From Bacillota bacterium (GTDB taxonomy: Bacteria > Bacillota > Clostridia > Lachnospirales > Lachnospiraceae), in assembly GCA_023389295.1 (NCBI GenBank), contig JAEWEO010000198.1, positions 6,688 to 70,687 on the forward strand: a stretch of 64,000 bases of DNA, read 5' to 3'. The notes beneath the pieces were generated by a model. It was given only the letters and a program-made list of their open reading frames with translations. It was not told the DNA's origin and made no database searches. A program made the position numbers and the translations under genes. Shown piece after piece: positions 19,755-31,984 of this stretch. Position 1 is the stretch's first letter, and every line of letters begins with the position of its first letter.

Positions 19755-19970
19755 AAAAGCTACCGCCTAAGCGGAAACAGACTCGAGAAATACAGAAAGC
19801 ATGTATTTCTTTCGTTAGAAAAGCTACCGCCTTGGCGGAAACAGACTCGAGAAATACTAAAAAACAGTATTTCTCTCATTAAAATAAGAACCTGTTTTTC
19901 AGGCAGACTCACAAATCGAAAACCCGATTTGTTCGTTAGAAAAGCTACCGCTTTGCGGTAGCTTTTCTAA
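19755..19970. repeat. Array of ~62-64-bp double-hairpin units ending in a 16-bp perfect inverted repeat
   Basis: AAAAGCTACCGC at 19755, 19819 and 19940; CAGACTC at 19778, 19842 and 19904; TTAGAAAAGCTACCGC-TTT-GCGGTAGCTTTTCTAA at 19936-19970. Confidence 0.9.
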
Positions 19971-20018
19971 ATTGTATAAATTTGTATGTATAAAATAAAA
20001 AAAATCAAACAAATTTAG

Positions 20019-20047
20019 TTGACAGCCCTAAAAAAGTATGATAGTAT
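20019..20047 (+). promoter_or_regulatory. Sigma-A promoter for rpoBC
   Basis: TTGACA-17 bp-TAGTAT with TG extension and an upstream A-tract. Confidence 0.75.
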
Positions 20048-20271
20048 GAAAGATGCACTATTGTGGTGTTGTATGCCTAATTACTTATATTATAGCATAT
20101 ATGATTCGAAATGAAAAGAAGTTTTTTTATTCATTACATGTAAATGTTAATTTACTTGTAAGAAACAAATGAATTAGCCTACTAGTTTATTTGTATCAAT
20201 AATAAAATGAATTTTAAAGCTAATTCATTAGTAAGAATTAAACTTATTAAATTCAAGGGGTGAAAACGTCA

Positions 20272-23200
20272 ATGGACAAGAACAGAATGCATCCAATCAA
20301 GGTTGGTAATAACGTTAGAATGAGTTACTCCAAACAGAAGGAAGTCCTGGAGATGCCCAATCTCATTGAAGTACAGAAGGATTCCTATCAGTGGTTTTTA
20401 GATGAGGGACTCAAAGAAGTATTTGATGATATTTCTCCGATCGCAGACTATAGTGGACACTTAAGTTTGGAATTCGTAGATTTTACGTTATGTGAAGATG
20501 ACATCAAATATACTATTGAAGAATGTAAGGAAAGAGATGCAACCTATGCAGCGCCTTTGAAAGTTAAGGTAAGACTTCATAATAAAGAGAATAACGAGAT
20601 TAACGAACACGATATTTTCATGGGTGATCTACCATTAATGACAGCTACCGGTACCTTTGTTATCAATGGTGCAGAGAGAGTTATTGTTAGCCAGTTAGTA
20701 CGTTCCCCCGGCATATATTATGCAATAGATCATGATAAAATCGGTAAGAAATTATTCTCATCAACCGTTATTCCAAACAGAGGAGCATGGTTGGAGTATG
20801 AAACAGACTCTAACGATGTTTTTTACGTACGTGTTGACCGTAATCGTAAGGTTCCGATTACAACTTTCGTTCGTGCATTAGGCTATGGTACCAATGAAGA
20901 AATCAAGCAGCTGTTCGGCGAAGAACCGAAGATTTTAGCGAGCTTGGCTAAAGACCCCAGCACATCCAAGGATCCGACCGGTAGTTATCAGGACGGTTTA
21001 CTTGAATTATATAAAAAACTACGTCCCGGCGAGCCTTTGGCAGTAGAAAATGCAGAATCTTTATTAAACAGCATGTTCTTTGATGCCAGAAGATACGATC
21101 TTGCTAAGGTTGGTAGATATAAATTCAATAAGAAGCTTCATTATCGTAATAGAATTGTTGGTTTTGTTCTATCCGAAGATGTTGTTGATTTGTCAACTGG
21201 CGAGCTAATTGCTAAAGCAGGTACTTTAGTAAATGATACTTTGGCAAGACAGATTCAGAATGCTGCAGTGCCATCCGTTATGGTACAAGCGGAAGAACGT
21301 AATGTTAAGGTTATCTCTAATATGATGGTAGACCTTTCCTATTATGTTGATATTGATAGAAAAGAACTTGGTATTGCAGAAGATGTATATTATCCGGTAC
21401 TCAAGAAAATATTAGAGGATAATCAAGATCTAGAAGCAATCAAAGAAGCAATCAAGAAAAATATCAATGAGTTAATTCCTAAGCATATTACAAAAGAAGA
21501 TATTATTGCTTCTATTAACTATAATATTCATCTGGAATATGGTATTGGCCATTCCGATGATATCGACCATTTAGGAAACAGAAGAATTAGAGCGGTTGGT
21601 GAGTTATTACAGAACCAGTACCGTATCGGTCTTTCCAGAATGGAACGTGTTGTTAGAGAGAGAATGACAACACAGGATCTTGAGGGTATTAGTCCTCAGT
21701 CCTTAATTAATATTAAACCGGTTACTGCAGCGGTTAAGGAGTTCTTTGGAAGTTCCCAGCTGTCACAGTTCATGGATCAACACAATCCACTCGGTGAGTT
21801 AACACATAAGAGACGTCTATCAGCACTTGGTCCTGGTGGTTTGTCTCGTGATAGAGCAGGTTTCGAGGTTCGAGACGTTCACTATTCCCATTACGGAAGA
21901 ATGTGTCCGATTGAGACTCCTGAAGGTCCTAACATCGGTTTGATTAACTCTCTTGCAACCTATGCAAGAATTAATGATTACGGTTTTATTGAAGCTCCTT
22001 ATCGTAAGGTAGATAAGACCGATCCGATGAATCCGAAAGTAATTGATGAGGTTGTTTATCTAACGGCTGATGAAGAGGATAAATATATTGTTGCTCAGGC
22101 AAATGAAGAACTTGATGACAATGGTTACTTCATTGGTAACAGCATTTCAGGTCGCTATAAAGAAGAAACCTCTCAATATGAGAAGCATAAAATTGATTTA
22201 ATGGACGTATCTCCTAAGATGGTATTCTCTGTTGCGACAGCATTAATTCCTTTCTTGGAGAATGACGATGCGAACCGTGCCCTCATGGGTGCGAACATGC
22301 AGCGTCAGGCTGTTCCGTTACTTCTGACGGAAGCTCCTGCAGTTGGTACAGGTATTGAAGCAAAAGCAGCAATTGACTCCGGTGTTTGTGTTGTTGCTAA
22401 AAAAGCCGGTGTTGTTGAAAGAGTTACAGCAAAAGAAGTAGTTATTAAAAATGATGATAATACAAAGACCTCCTATCGTTTGATTAAGTTCTCCAGAAGT
22501 AACCAGGGAACCTGTATCAACCAAAGGCCTATCGTATCCCGTGGAGATAGAATTAATGCTGGTCAGGTTATAGCCGATGGACCTTCCACCTCTAAGGGTG
22601 AGTTAGCACTTGGTAAGAACCCGTTAATCGGTTTCATGACTTGGGAAGGTTACAACTACGAGGATGCGGTACTTCTTAGTGAGCGCCTTGTACAAGAAGA
22701 TGTATATACTTCGGTTCATATTGAAGAATATGAAGCAGAGGCTAGAGATACAAAATTAGGACCGGAAGAGATCACAAGAGATGTTCCGGGTGTTGGTGAT
22801 GATGCACTTAAGGATCTTGATGAGAGAGGTATTATCCGTATCGGTGCTGAGGTTCGTGCGGGAGATATCTTAGTTGGTAAGGTTACACCAAAGGGTGAAA
22901 CTGAGCTAACTGCAGAAGAAAGACTTCTTAGAGCTATTTTCGGTGAGAAAGCAAGAGAGGTTCGTGATACTTCTTTACGTGTTCCTCACGGTGAGTACGG
23001 TATCATCGTTGATGCTAAAGTATTTACCAGAGAGAATGGTGACGAATTATCACCTGGTGTAAATCAAACCGTTCGTGTTTATATTGCACAGAAGAGAAAA
23101 ATCCAGGTTGGTGATAAGATGGCTGGTCGTCATGGTAATAAGGGTGTTGTTTCCCGTGTATTACCGGTAGAAGATATGCCGTTCTTACCTAATGGTAGAG

Positions 23201-24216
23201 CCCTTGACATCGTGCTTAACCCTCTGGGCGTTCCTTCCCGTATGAACATCGGACAGGTACTTGAAATTCACTTATCCTTAGCAGCGAAGGTACTTGGTGT
23301 GGATATTTCCACTCCTGTATTTGACGGTGCTAATGAGTTTGATATTATGGATACCCTTGAGATTGCAAATGATTATGCAAATACTACTTGGGAAGAGTTT
23401 GAAGCAAAATATAAAGATACTTTGGATCCGGAATTCATGGATTATCTAGAACAACATCCGGAAAATAGAGAAGATTGGAAGGGTGTACCGATCAATCGTG
23501 ATGGTAAAGTAAGACTTCGTGACGGTAGAACCGGAGAATATTTTGACGGTTCTGTAACGGTCGGCTTCATGCATTACTTGAAACTTCATCACTTAGTTGA
23601 TGATAAGATTCATGCTCGTTCCACCGGACCATACTCCTTAGTAACTCAACAGCCATTAGGTGGTAAGGCACAATTTGGTGGACAGAGATTTGGTGAGATG
23701 GAGGTTTGGGCACTTGAGGCTTATGGTGCTGCTTACATCTTGCAAGAAATCTTAACTGTTAAATCCGATGATGTTACCGGACGTGTTAAAACCTATGAAG
23801 CTATCATTAAGGGAGAAAACATTTCAGAGCCTGGTATTCCTGAATCCTTCAAGGTTCTCTTAAAAGAGCTTCAATCCCTGGCACTAGACGTTACAGTTCT
23901 CGATGAGAGTGGTAATGAAGTGAAGATGACAGAAAGCATTGACTACGGTGATTCAGACCTGACTCCGTTAATTGAAGGCGATAACAGCTTCAGATATGAT
24001 GAAGGCTATGAAGAAGCTGGTTTCACTCAAGGAAATGTTGAAGATATTGAATCAGATGTTTTTGAAATTTATGAAGATGAATCGGATGATATACTGGATG
24101 ATGGTATATATGAAGAAGAGGATGATGTTGAGCCTGTAGACGATATGTGTCCTAATTGTGGAGCAATCGTAGCGGAAGGCAGTAAGCGCTGTAAAGCTTG
24201 CGGGCAGTCTTTATAG
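20272..24216 (+). CDS. rpoB: RNA polymerase beta subunit
   Basis: [23 protein letters not shown] and [18 protein letters not shown]; unusual acidic plus zinc-ribbon C-terminal tail. Confidence 0.99.
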   Translation: MDKNRMHPIKVGNNVRMSYSKQKEVLEMPNLIEVQKDSYQWFLDEGLKEVFDDISPIADYSGHLSLEFVDFTLCEDDIKYTIEECKERDATYAAPLKVKVRLHNKENNEINEHDIFMGDLPLMTATGTFVINGAERVIVSQLVRSPGIYYAIDHDKIGKKLFSSTVIPNRGAWLEYETDSNDVFYVRVDRNRKVPITTFVRALGYGTNEEIKQLFGEEPKILASLAKDPSTSKDPTGSYQDGLLELYKKLRPGEPLAVENAESLLNSMFFDARRYDLAKVGRYKFNKKLHYRNRIVGFVLSEDVVDLSTGELIAKAGTLVNDTLARQIQNAAVPSVMVQAEERNVKVISNMMVDLSYYVDIDRKELGIAEDVYYPVLKKILEDNQDLEAIKEAIKKNINELIPKHITKEDIIASINYNIHLEYGIGHSDDIDHLGNRRIRAVGELLQNQYRIGLSRMERVVRERMTTQDLEGISPQSLINIKPVTAAVKEFFGSSQLSQFMDQHNPLGELTHKRRLSALGPGGLSRDRAGFEVRDVHYSHYGRMCPIETPEGPNIGLINSLATYARINDYGFIEAPYRKVDKTDPMNPKVIDEVVYLTADEEDKYIVAQANEELDDNGYFIGNSISGRYKEETSQYEKHKIDLMDVSPKMVFSVATALIPFLENDDANRALMGANMQRQAVPLLLTEAPAVGTGIEAKAAIDSGVCVVAKKAGVVERVTAKEVVIKNDDNTKTSYRLIKFSRSNQGTCINQRPIVSRGDRINAGQVIADGPSTSKGELALGKNPLIGFMTWEGYNYEDAVLLSERLVQEDVYTSVHIEEYEAEARDTKLGPEEITRDVPGVGDDALKDLDERGIIRIGAEVRAGDILVGKVTPKGETELTAEERLLRAIFGEKAREVRDTSLRVPHGEYGIIVDAKVFTRENGDELSPGVNQTVRVYIAQKRKIQVGDKMAGRHGNKGVVSRVLPVEDMPFLPNGRALDIVLNPLGVPSRMNIGQVLEIHLSLAAKVLGVDISTPVFDGANEFDIMDTLEIANDYANTTWEEFEAKYKDTLDPEFMDYLEQHPENREDWKGVPINRDGKVRLRDGRTGEYFDGSVTVGFMHYLKLHHLVDDKIHARSTGPYSLVTQQPLGGKAQFGGQRFGEMEVWALEAYGAAYILQEILTVKSDDVTGRVKTYEAIIKGENISEPGIPESFKVLLKELQSLALDVTVLDESGNEVKMTESIDYGDSDLTPLIEGDNSFRYDEGYEEAGFTQGNVEDIESDVFEIYEDESDDILDDGIYEEEDDVEPVDDMCPNCGAIVAEGSKRCKACGQSL

Positions 24217-24335
24217 ATAATAAAACATGAAGTAGTCATATAACTGCAAAGTAAAGAACTGGTAGTGTTGAAAGAACTTCTAGGATGAAGAACACACCTG
24301 TTCTTTACTCAGTATAACGAAGGGAGAGCCAAAGG

Positions 24336-27300
24336 ATGTCTGAATTAATGAGTAACATTCAAGAGATAACCTATGACGCAATAAAAATTGGTTTAGCTTC
24401 ACCTGAAAAAATCAGAGAATGGTCAAAGGGAGAAGTTAGAAAACCGGAGACTATCAATTATAGAACCCTAAAGCCGGAAAAAGATGGCTTATTCTGTGAA
24501 AGAATTTTCGGACCTAGTAAGGACTGGGAGTGCCATTGTGGTAAATATAAGAAAATTAGATATAAGGGGGTTGTCTGCGATCGATGTGGCGTTGAAGTAA
24601 CCAAAGCCAGCGTACGTCGTGAGAGAATGGGTCATATTGAACTCGCTGCACCCGTATCCCATATCTGGTATTTTAAAGGAATACCTAGCCGTATGGGACT
24701 TATTCTTGATCTTTCCCCAAGAACTTTAGAAAAGGTACTGTATTTTGCGTCCTATATCGTATTAGATAAAGGAACAACAGACTTACAGTATAAACAAGTT
24801 CTGAATGAGAAGGAAAGACAAGAAGCAATTGAGAAATATGGATACAACAGCTTCCGTCTTGGTATGGGTGCTGAAGCAATCCAAGAACTTTTGCAAGGAA
24901 TTGATCTTGAGAAAGAATCAAAGGAGTTAAAAAGAGGTTTGAAGGATTCTACCGGTCAAAAACGTGCAAGAATTATCAAGCGTCTCGAAGTAGTGGAAGC
25001 ATTCAGAGAGTCCGGTAATAAGCCGGAATGGATGATACTATCCGTAATCCCTGTAATTCCTCCGGATCTTCGTCCCATGGTTCAGCTCGATGGTGGTCGT
25101 TTTGCTACCTCCGATATGAACGATTTATATAGAAGAATTATCAACCGTAACAATCGTCTTAAGAGACTTCTTGAACTCGGCGCACCGGATATCATTGTTC
25201 GTAACGAGAAGAGAATGTTACAGGAAGCTGTTGACGCGTTGATTGATAACGGTCGTAGAGGTAGACCGGTAACCGGACCTGGTAACCGTGCGCTCAAGTC
25301 CCTGTCTGATATGTTAAAAGGTAAGCAAGGACGTTTCCGTCAGAACTTACTTGGTAAACGTGTTGACTACTCCGGACGTTCCGTTATCGTTGTTGGACCT
25401 GAACTTAAGCTATATCAGTGCGGTCTGCCTAAGGAAATGGCAATCGAGTTATTCAAACCATTCGTAATGAAAGAATTGGTTGCAAGAGGAACCGCTCATA
25501 ATATAAAATCTGCAAAGAAGATGGTGGAAAGACTTCAGACCGAAGTTTGGGACGTTCTTGAGGAGGTTATCAAAGAACATCCTGTAATGCTTAACCGTGC
25601 CCCAACGCTTCATAGACTTGGTATTCAGGCATTCGAGCCGGTACTTGTTGAAGGTAAGGCAATTAAGCTTCATCCACTTGTTTGTACCGCTTACAATGCG
25701 GACTTCGATGGTGACCAGATGGCGGTGCATTTACCTCTGTCCGTAGAAGCTCAAGCAGAATGTCGTTTCTTACTTCTTTCACCAAACAACTTATTAAAAC
25801 CTTCTGACGGTGCACCTGTAACTGTTCCTTCACAGGATATGGTTCTTGGTATCTACTATCTAACCATTGAGCGTGAAATGCCAGGTGGAGTTCGTCATTA
25901 CTTCAAGAGTTTAAATGAAGCAATTCTTGCTTATGAAAATGGTGCTATTCTTCTTCATGAAATGATCAAAGTAAGAAGAACCGGTATCAATCATGCGGGT
26001 GTTGAAGAGACTAGAACAATTCAATCTACCTTGGGTCGTTTTATCTTTAATGAAATAATTCCGCAGGATTTAGGATTTGTAGATCGTACAAAGGATGAAA
26101 ACTTCTTAACACTTGAGATTAACTTCTTAGTTGGTAAGAAGCAGTTGAAACCAATTCTAGAGAAATGTATTAACATCCATGGTGCAACTAAGACAGCAGA
26201 AATCCTCGATGCTGTTAAGTCCCTTGGTTACAAATATTCCACTCGTGCAGCAATGACGGTATCTATTTCCGATATGAAGGTACCGGATGAGAAGAAGGAT
26301 ATTATTGCTGATGCAGAGGCTACCATTGAAGAAATTGCTAAAGAATACAGACGTGGTAGAATGACAGAGGATGAAAGATATAATACGGTTATAGAAACCT
26401 GGAAGGAAGCGGATAAGGTTCTTACTGAGAAGCTGTTAGGCGGTCTTGATAAGTTTAATAACATCAAGATGATGTCCGATTCCGGTGCCCGTGGTTCCGA
26501 TAAGCAGATCAAACAGCTTGCCGGTATGCGTGGTTTGATGGCAGATACCTCCGGTAGAACCATCGAATTACCGATTAAGTCCAACCTTCGTGAAGGTCTT
26601 GACGTATTGGAATACTTCATCTCCGCACATGGTGCTCGTAAAGGTCTATCCGATACAGCGCTACGTACTGCTGACTCCGGTTATCTAACCCGTCGTTTGG
26701 TTGACGTTTCTCAGGATTTGATTATTCGTGAAGTGGATTGCTGTGAAGGACATGAAACTCCAGGTATGTGGATCAAAGCATTTACTGATGGCAAAGAAGT
26801 AATTGAAAGCTTAGAAGAAAGAATTACAGGAAGATATTCTTGTGAATCGATCTACGATGAAAACGGAGAGATGATTGTTAAGGCAAATCATATGATCACA
26901 CCAAAACGTGCAGCAAGAATTATAGCAACAGGTGTAGAAAAAGTTAAAATTCGTACGATATTATCCTGTAAATCACACATCGGTGTATGTGCAAAATGTT
27001 ATGGTGCCAACATGGCAACCGGCGAAGCTGTTCAAGTTGGTGAAGCGGTAGGTATCATTGCAGCTCAGTCGATCGGTGAGCCTGGTACACAGCTTACCAT
27101 GCGTACCTTCCATACCGGTGGTGTTGCTGGTGACGATATCACACAAGGTCTTCCTCGTGTCGAAGAACTTTTCGAAGCTAGAAAGCCGAAGGGTCTTGCA
27201 ATTATCGCAGAATTCGGTGGCGTAGTTACTATTAAGGATACGAAGAAGAAGCGTGAAGTTATTATTACAAATAATGAGACAATGGAAGCTAAGGCATACT

Positions 27301-28187
27301 TAATTCCTTATGGCTCTAGAATAAAAGTTATGGATGGCGATGTACTGGAAGCCGGCGATGAGTTGACAGAAGGTAGCGTTAATCCTCATGATATCTTAAA
27401 GATTAAGGGTATCCGTGCAGTTCAAGATTATATGATTCAAGAAGTGCAGAGAGTTTACCGTTTGCAAGGTGTTGAAATCAACGATAAGCATATTGAAGTA
27501 ATTGTTCGTCAGATGCTGAAGAAGGTTCGTATCGAAACAAATGGTGACACTAGCTTTTTACCGGGTACATTAGTAGATATCTTAGAATACAATGATGAGA
27601 ATGATCGAATGGTAGCAGAAGGCTTAGAGCCGGCGGACGGCAAGCAAGTAATGCTTGGTATTACGAAAGCATCCCTTGCAACCAACTCCTTCTTATCAGC
27701 AGCTTCCTTCCAGGAAACAACGAAAGTTCTGACAGAAGCAGCAATTAAGGGTAAGGTTGACCCGTTAATCGGTCTTAAGGAAAATGTTATCATCGGTAAG
27801 TTAATCCCTGCCGGTACCGGTATGAAGAGATATCGTTCCGTAAAACTGGATACTGATACTCCTGAAGAATATATGATTTCAGAAGATTTAGAAGGTGACG
27901 GAAGTTACTTGGATGAATATGATAGCTTTGATTTTTCTGAAGGTGGTCTCTTAGGCGAAGAATTAGAAGAAGGTTTTTATGAGCCGGAAGATGGAATTGC
28001 TGAAGTGGTATATAGCGAAGATAAATTTGCAAAATACGAAGACACTCTTCAGAGAGAAGACGCAATTCCAGGTGTTGATGACGCTCATGTAGGTTATGGA
28101 GAGAATTCTCATAACGACGGAGACTGGACTGAGACAGAGTTCAACCTGAAAGGGATTGTAGAAGACGACTATAGCGACGGACTATAA
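24336..28187 (+). CDS. rpoC: RNA polymerase beta' subunit
   Basis: Catalytic [10 protein letters not shown]-terminal Zn finger; long acidic C-terminal tail. Confidence 0.99.
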   Translation: MSELMSNIQEITYDAIKIGLASPEKIREWSKGEVRKPETINYRTLKPEKDGLFCERIFGPSKDWECHCGKYKKIRYKGVVCDRCGVEVTKASVRRERMGHIELAAPVSHIWYFKGIPSRMGLILDLSPRTLEKVLYFASYIVLDKGTTDLQYKQVLNEKERQEAIEKYGYNSFRLGMGAEAIQELLQGIDLEKESKELKRGLKDSTGQKRARIIKRLEVVEAFRESGNKPEWMILSVIPVIPPDLRPMVQLDGGRFATSDMNDLYRRIINRNNRLKRLLELGAPDIIVRNEKRMLQEAVDALIDNGRRGRPVTGPGNRALKSLSDMLKGKQGRFRQNLLGKRVDYSGRSVIVVGPELKLYQCGLPKEMAIELFKPFVMKELVARGTAHNIKSAKKMVERLQTEVWDVLEEVIKEHPVMLNRAPTLHRLGIQAFEPVLVEGKAIKLHPLVCTAYNADFDGDQMAVHLPLSVEAQAECRFLLLSPNNLLKPSDGAPVTVPSQDMVLGIYYLTIEREMPGGVRHYFKSLNEAILAYENGAILLHEMIKVRRTGINHAGVEETRTIQSTLGRFIFNEIIPQDLGFVDRTKDENFLTLEINFLVGKKQLKPILEKCINIHGATKTAEILDAVKSLGYKYSTRAAMTVSISDMKVPDEKKDIIADAEATIEEIAKEYRRGRMTEDERYNTVIETWKEADKVLTEKLLGGLDKFNNIKMMSDSGARGSDKQIKQLAGMRGLMADTSGRTIELPIKSNLREGLDVLEYFISAHGARKGLSDTALRTADSGYLTRRLVDVSQDLIIREVDCCEGHETPGMWIKAFTDGKEVIESLEERITGRYSCESIYDENGEMIVKANHMITPKRAARIIATGVEKVKIRTILSCKSHIGVCAKCYGANMATGEAVQVGEAVGIIAAQSIGEPGTQLTMRTFHTGGVAGDDITQGLPRVEELFEARKPKGLAIIAEFGGVVTIKDTKKKREVIITNNETMEAKAYLIPYGSRIKVMDGDVLEAGDELTEGSVNPHDILKIKGIRAVQDYMIQEVQRVYRLQGVEINDKHIEVIVRQMLKKVRIETNGDTSFLPGTLVDILEYNDENDRMVAEGLEPADGKQVMLGITKASLATNSFLSAASFQETTKVLTEAAIKGKVDPLIGLKENVIIGKLIPAGTGMKRYRSVKLDTDTPEEYMISEDLEGDGSYLDEYDSFDFSEGGLLGEELEEGFYEPEDGIAEVVYSEDKFAKYEDTLQREDAIPGVDDAHVGYGENSHNDGDWTETEFNLKGIVEDDYSDGL

Positions 28188-28204
28188 GTATTAATGTATG
28201 AAAT

Positions 28205-28253
28205 GCCGCATAAGAGTAACGGTCATGAACCGGATAATCTTATGCGGTTTTTT
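28205..28253 (+). terminator. rpoBC terminator
   Basis: GCCGCATAAGA...TCTTATGCGGT followed by TTTTT. Confidence 0.85.
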
Positions 28254-28415
28254 GCGAAGCAAAAAATGATTGCATTTACAAAAAAAGCATTGTATCATGA
28301 TACTGTATGTTTAAAAAAGGATATTATCTCTTAGAAAGAGATAGATATAAATCAAGGGTTTTATAGGTTGTCCTATTGCAATAACCTAAATATATAGCAA
28401 GGTGAGGTAAAGAGT

Positions 28416-30131
28416 ATGGAATATTTAAAAAAATATGAAGAATGGACCACAAACCCATATTTTGATGATGCAACCAGAGCTGAGTTAGTTGGACTTAGAG
28501 AAAATGAGCTTGAGATAAAAGAAAGATTTTTTAAAGATCTCGAATTTGGAACCGGCGGACTGAGAGGAATCTTAGGAGCAGGTGTGAACCGTATGAACCT
28601 TTATACGGTTAGAAGAGCAACGCAAGGACTTGCTAATACCATTAAGAAGCATGGTGGGGAAAATAAAGGAGTAGCAATTGCATATGATTCCAGAAGAATG
28701 TCACCGGAATTTGCACTTGATTCTGCTTTATGCTTAGCTGCAAATGGTATTCATGCTTATTTATTTGAATCTCTTCGTCCTACACCGGAGCTTTCTTTTG
28801 CTGTAAGAGAGCTAGGATGTATCGCGGGTATCGTAATAACAGCAAGCCATAATCCAGCAGAGTACAATGGTTATAAGGTATATTGGGAGGATGGCGCTCA
28901 AATCACTTATCCGAAGGATGCCCAGATAATTAGTGAAGTTAATTCCATCCATGATTTTGCCAAAGTCAAGACTATGACGAAAGAAGCTGCATTGTCACAG
29001 GGCCTTTTAACAATGATCGGTGCTGAGATTGATGACAAATATATTTCTGCTCTTAAGAAATTGGTTGTGAATCCAATTAATAAGGTGGGCCAGGATCTTA
29101 AAATTGTGTATACACCTTTACATGGAACTGGTAATCTGCCTGTAAGAAGGATTCTTAAGGAGTTGGGCTTTGAGCAGGTTTATGTGGTTTCTGAGCAGGA
29201 ACTGCCTGATTCTGAATTCTCAACGGTAGGATATCCTAATCCGGAAGATCCGAAAGTATTTGCTCTTGCTCAGAAATTAGCAAAGGAAGTGGATGCAGAT
29301 TTAATCCTTGCAACGGATCCGGATGCAGACCGTCTTGGTATTATGGTGAAGGATCACAGTGGAGAATATGTACTATTTAATGGTAATATGACCGGTGCGT
29401 TAATTGCGGAATATGAGTTCTCACAAAGAGCTGAGAAAGGAACCTTAGCAAAGAATTCAGCTCTCATTAAAACTATCGTAACCGGCAATATGTCAGATAT
29501 GATTGCCAAGTATTACGATGCAAGACTGATCGAAGTATTAACCGGATTTAAATACATTGGCGAGCAAATCAAGCATTTTGAAGAAACAGGCTGTAACGAG
29601 TATATCTTTGGCTATGAAGAAAGCTATGGCTGTCTTGTTGGAACTCATGCAAGAGATAAAGATGCAGTTGTTGCTGTTATGTGCTTATGTGAAGCAGCTG
29701 CTTTCTACAAGTCTAATGGCATAACACTTTATGAGCAGATGAATAATATCTATAAGAAGTATGGATACTTCAAAGAAGATTTGGTTTCTGTTACCTTAAA
29801 GGGTATTGAGGGTATGGAGAAGATTAAAGAAATTATGAATGATTTTCGTAATAATCCTCCTAAAACCGCAGGAGACTATAAAGTGTTAAAAATTAGAGAT
29901 TACCAGGCAGACACCATAACTGATTGTGAAACAAAAGAAGTTGTACCGACAGGACTTCCAAAATCCGATGTTCTATACTTTGAATTAAATGATAATGCTT
30001 GGTGTGCAGTAAGACCCTCCGGAACAGAGCCTAAAATCAAGTTCTATTTCGGTGTAAAGGGTGAAAGCATGGCTGATGCAGAAGCAAAATTAGATAGGCT
30101 CATGAATGATGAAGTATTTAAAGTAAGCTAA
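28416..30131 (+). CDS. pgm: Phospho-sugar mutase (phosphoglucomutase/phosphomannomutase)
   Basis: FGTGGLRG, TASHNP, DPDADR and RPSGTEPKIK motifs. Confidence 0.95.
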   Translation: MEYLKKYEEWTTNPYFDDATRAELVGLRENELEIKERFFKDLEFGTGGLRGILGAGVNRMNLYTVRRATQGLANTIKKHGGENKGVAIAYDSRRMSPEFALDSALCLAANGIHAYLFESLRPTPELSFAVRELGCIAGIVITASHNPAEYNGYKVYWEDGAQITYPKDAQIISEVNSIHDFAKVKTMTKEAALSQGLLTMIGAEIDDKYISALKKLVVNPINKVGQDLKIVYTPLHGTGNLPVRRILKELGFEQVYVVSEQELPDSEFSTVGYPNPEDPKVFALAQKLAKEVDADLILATDPDADRLGIMVKDHSGEYVLFNGNMTGALIAEYEFSQRAEKGTLAKNSALIKTIVTGNMSDMIAKYYDARLIEVLTGFKYIGEQIKHFEETGCNEYIFGYEESYGCLVGTHARDKDAVVAVMCLCEAAAFYKSNGITLYEQMNNIYKKYGYFKEDLVSVTLKGIEGMEKIKEIMNDFRNNPPKTAGDYKVLKIRDYQADTITDCETKEVVPTGLPKSDVLYFELNDNAWCAVRPSGTEPKIKFYFGVKGESMADAEAKLDRLMNDEVFKVS

Positions 30132-30171
30132 TTTAACAGGTTGAAGATATAAACTTATTTTATAAAATATC

Positions 30172-30209
30172 TGAAGTAGGAGTGGAATGCCGGCTCCTAC
30201 TTCAATTTT
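30172..30209 (+). terminator. Intrinsic terminator
   Basis: TGAAGTAGGAGT...GCTCCTACTTCA followed by ATTTT. Confidence 0.7.
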
Positions 30210-30326
30210 ATACATACGCTATGAGTGATGAAATTTTAACTTTTTCTACCCTAAATACAGACATAATAAAGATATGGAATTAGAAGAAACTGATTTCATA
30301 AGAATGAAGAAAATAGGAGCGTAAGA

Positions 30327-31688
30327 ATGGAGACAAAAGAAAACAATCAACTAGGAGAAAAAAGTATTGGGAGATTACTAATTCAGATGGCCATACCTGC
30401 TATTATTGCGCAACTGGTTAATATTCTTTACAATATTGTAGATAGAATCTACATCGGGCATATACCGGAGATCGGAGCCACAGCCTTGACCGGTGTGGGA
30501 GTAGCATTACCTGTGATTATGATTATTTCTGCCTTTAGTGCCTTAATCGGTATGGGTGGGGCACCCCTTGCAGCCATTCGAATGGGAGCTAAGGATGATA
30601 AGGGTGCGGAAAAGATACTTGGTAATTGTTTTGTTATGTTATTAGGGATATCAATAATTTTAACTGTGGTTTTACTTGCTACCAATGAGAAATTATTAAT
30701 GATGTTTGGAGGCAGCTCAGATACCCTGCCGTATGGCCTTAGCTATCTGAATATATATGTCTGCGGAACTATATTTGTACAATTAGCCTTAGGTTTAAAT
30801 TCCTTTATCACAACACAGGGCTTTGCAAAGACAAGTATGATTACAGTAGCTACAGGTGCTGCTATTAATATTATACTTGATCCTATCTTAATCTTTGGCT
30901 TTGATATGGGAGTTGAAGGTGCAGCTATTGCTACAGTAGCTTCACAATTTGTATCTGCTCTCTGGGTTATGATCTTTTTGACGGGTAAGAGAACAAAACT
31001 TAGAATTAAAAAATCAAACTTCAAGTTACAACGATCAATTATTGTTCCTGTATTGCTACTGGGACTTTCACCATTCATTATGCAATCCACGGAGAGTATT
31101 TTAAATATCTCTTTTAACGCCTCCTTGCAACGATATAGTGGAGATACAGCGGTAGGTGCTATGACCATATTATCAAGTTTGATGCAAATTATATTTCTGC
31201 CCTTATCCGGTTTGACACAGGGTGCACAGCCCATTGTAAGCTATAACTTTGGCGCCAAAAATAATAAAAGAGTCATAGGTACGGTTAAACTCTTAATCAT
31301 CTCGGCATTTTGCTATGCGACGGTGATATGGTTGGGTATGATGATAATACCAAAAGTATTCATATCAATGTTCACTCCGGATGAAGTTCTAATTAGTTAT
31401 ACAACCTGGGCATTACGAATTTATATGGCAGTTGGATTTCTTCTAAGCCTGCAGATAAGCTGCCAACAGACTCTTTTGGCAGTAGGTCAAGCAAAAATAT
31501 CAATTTTTCTTGCGCTACTAAGAAAAGTAATCTTACTGATACCGTTCATCTATATCTTACCAAGATTCTTTGAAAACAAAGCCTTTGCAGTATTTTTAGC
31601 GGAGCCTATCTCGGATACAATAGCTGTAAGTGTGACGGTTACATTATTTATAATTCAATTTAAAAAGATAGTAAAGAATAATGTTTAA
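30327..31688 (+). CDS. MATE family efflux transporter
   Basis: LYNIVDRIYIG and NIILDPILIFG; about 12 TM helices. Confidence 0.95.
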   Translation: METKENNQLGEKSIGRLLIQMAIPAIIAQLVNILYNIVDRIYIGHIPEIGATALTGVGVALPVIMIISAFSALIGMGGAPLAAIRMGAKDDKGAEKILGNCFVMLLGISIILTVVLLATNEKLLMMFGGSSDTLPYGLSYLNIYVCGTIFVQLALGLNSFITTQGFAKTSMITVATGAAINIILDPILIFGFDMGVEGAAIATVASQFVSALWVMIFLTGKRTKLRIKKSNFKLQRSIIVPVLLLGLSPFIMQSTESILNISFNASLQRYSGDTAVGAMTILSSLMQIIFLPLSGLTQGAQPIVSYNFGAKNNKRVIGTVKLLIISAFCYATVIWLGMMIIPKVFISMFTPDEVLISYTTWALRIYMAVGFLLSLQISCQQTLLAVGQAKISIFLALLRKVILLIPFIYILPRFFENKAFAVFLAEPISDTIAVSVTVTLFIIQFKKIVKNNV

Positions 31689-31830
31689 TAAAATGAGAAA
31701 GATAGAACAGTATTTTTTAAAAATATTAACTGATTTAGATTGAGATTTAGGGATTGGTATAACTATTTTTGGATAAAGAAATAGAGATAAAATCAAATTA
31801 AAATAAATTGAAATAGAATGAAAGTAAAAT

Positions 31831-31869
31831 AAAATCGTGGTTGATTATGAGAAATCGACCACGATTTTT
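31831..31869. terminator. Bidirectional terminator between convergent genes
   Basis: AAAATCGTGGTTGATT...AATCGACCACGATTTT. Confidence 0.8.
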
Positions 31870-31984
31870 GTGAATTTAGGATTCATAAAATATCTGTGCT
31901 GACATTTTTGATTACGAAATGATTGCTAAGAGCGAACATTGTATTAATATAAAACTGCCGTATAGGGAGTAAGCTATTCCATAT

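Noticed and set aside
19755..19970. CRISPR array interpretation of the rpoB-upstream repeats
   Set aside because: Only 3-4 units, the variable parts are self-complementary and related to each other rather than unique spacers, and there are no cas genes. Kept as a non-CRISPR repeat finding.
21742..21840. RpoB rifampicin-resistance region ([16 protein letters not shown])
   Set aside because: The key Asp, His and Ser positions are wild type; the other differences look like lineage variation.
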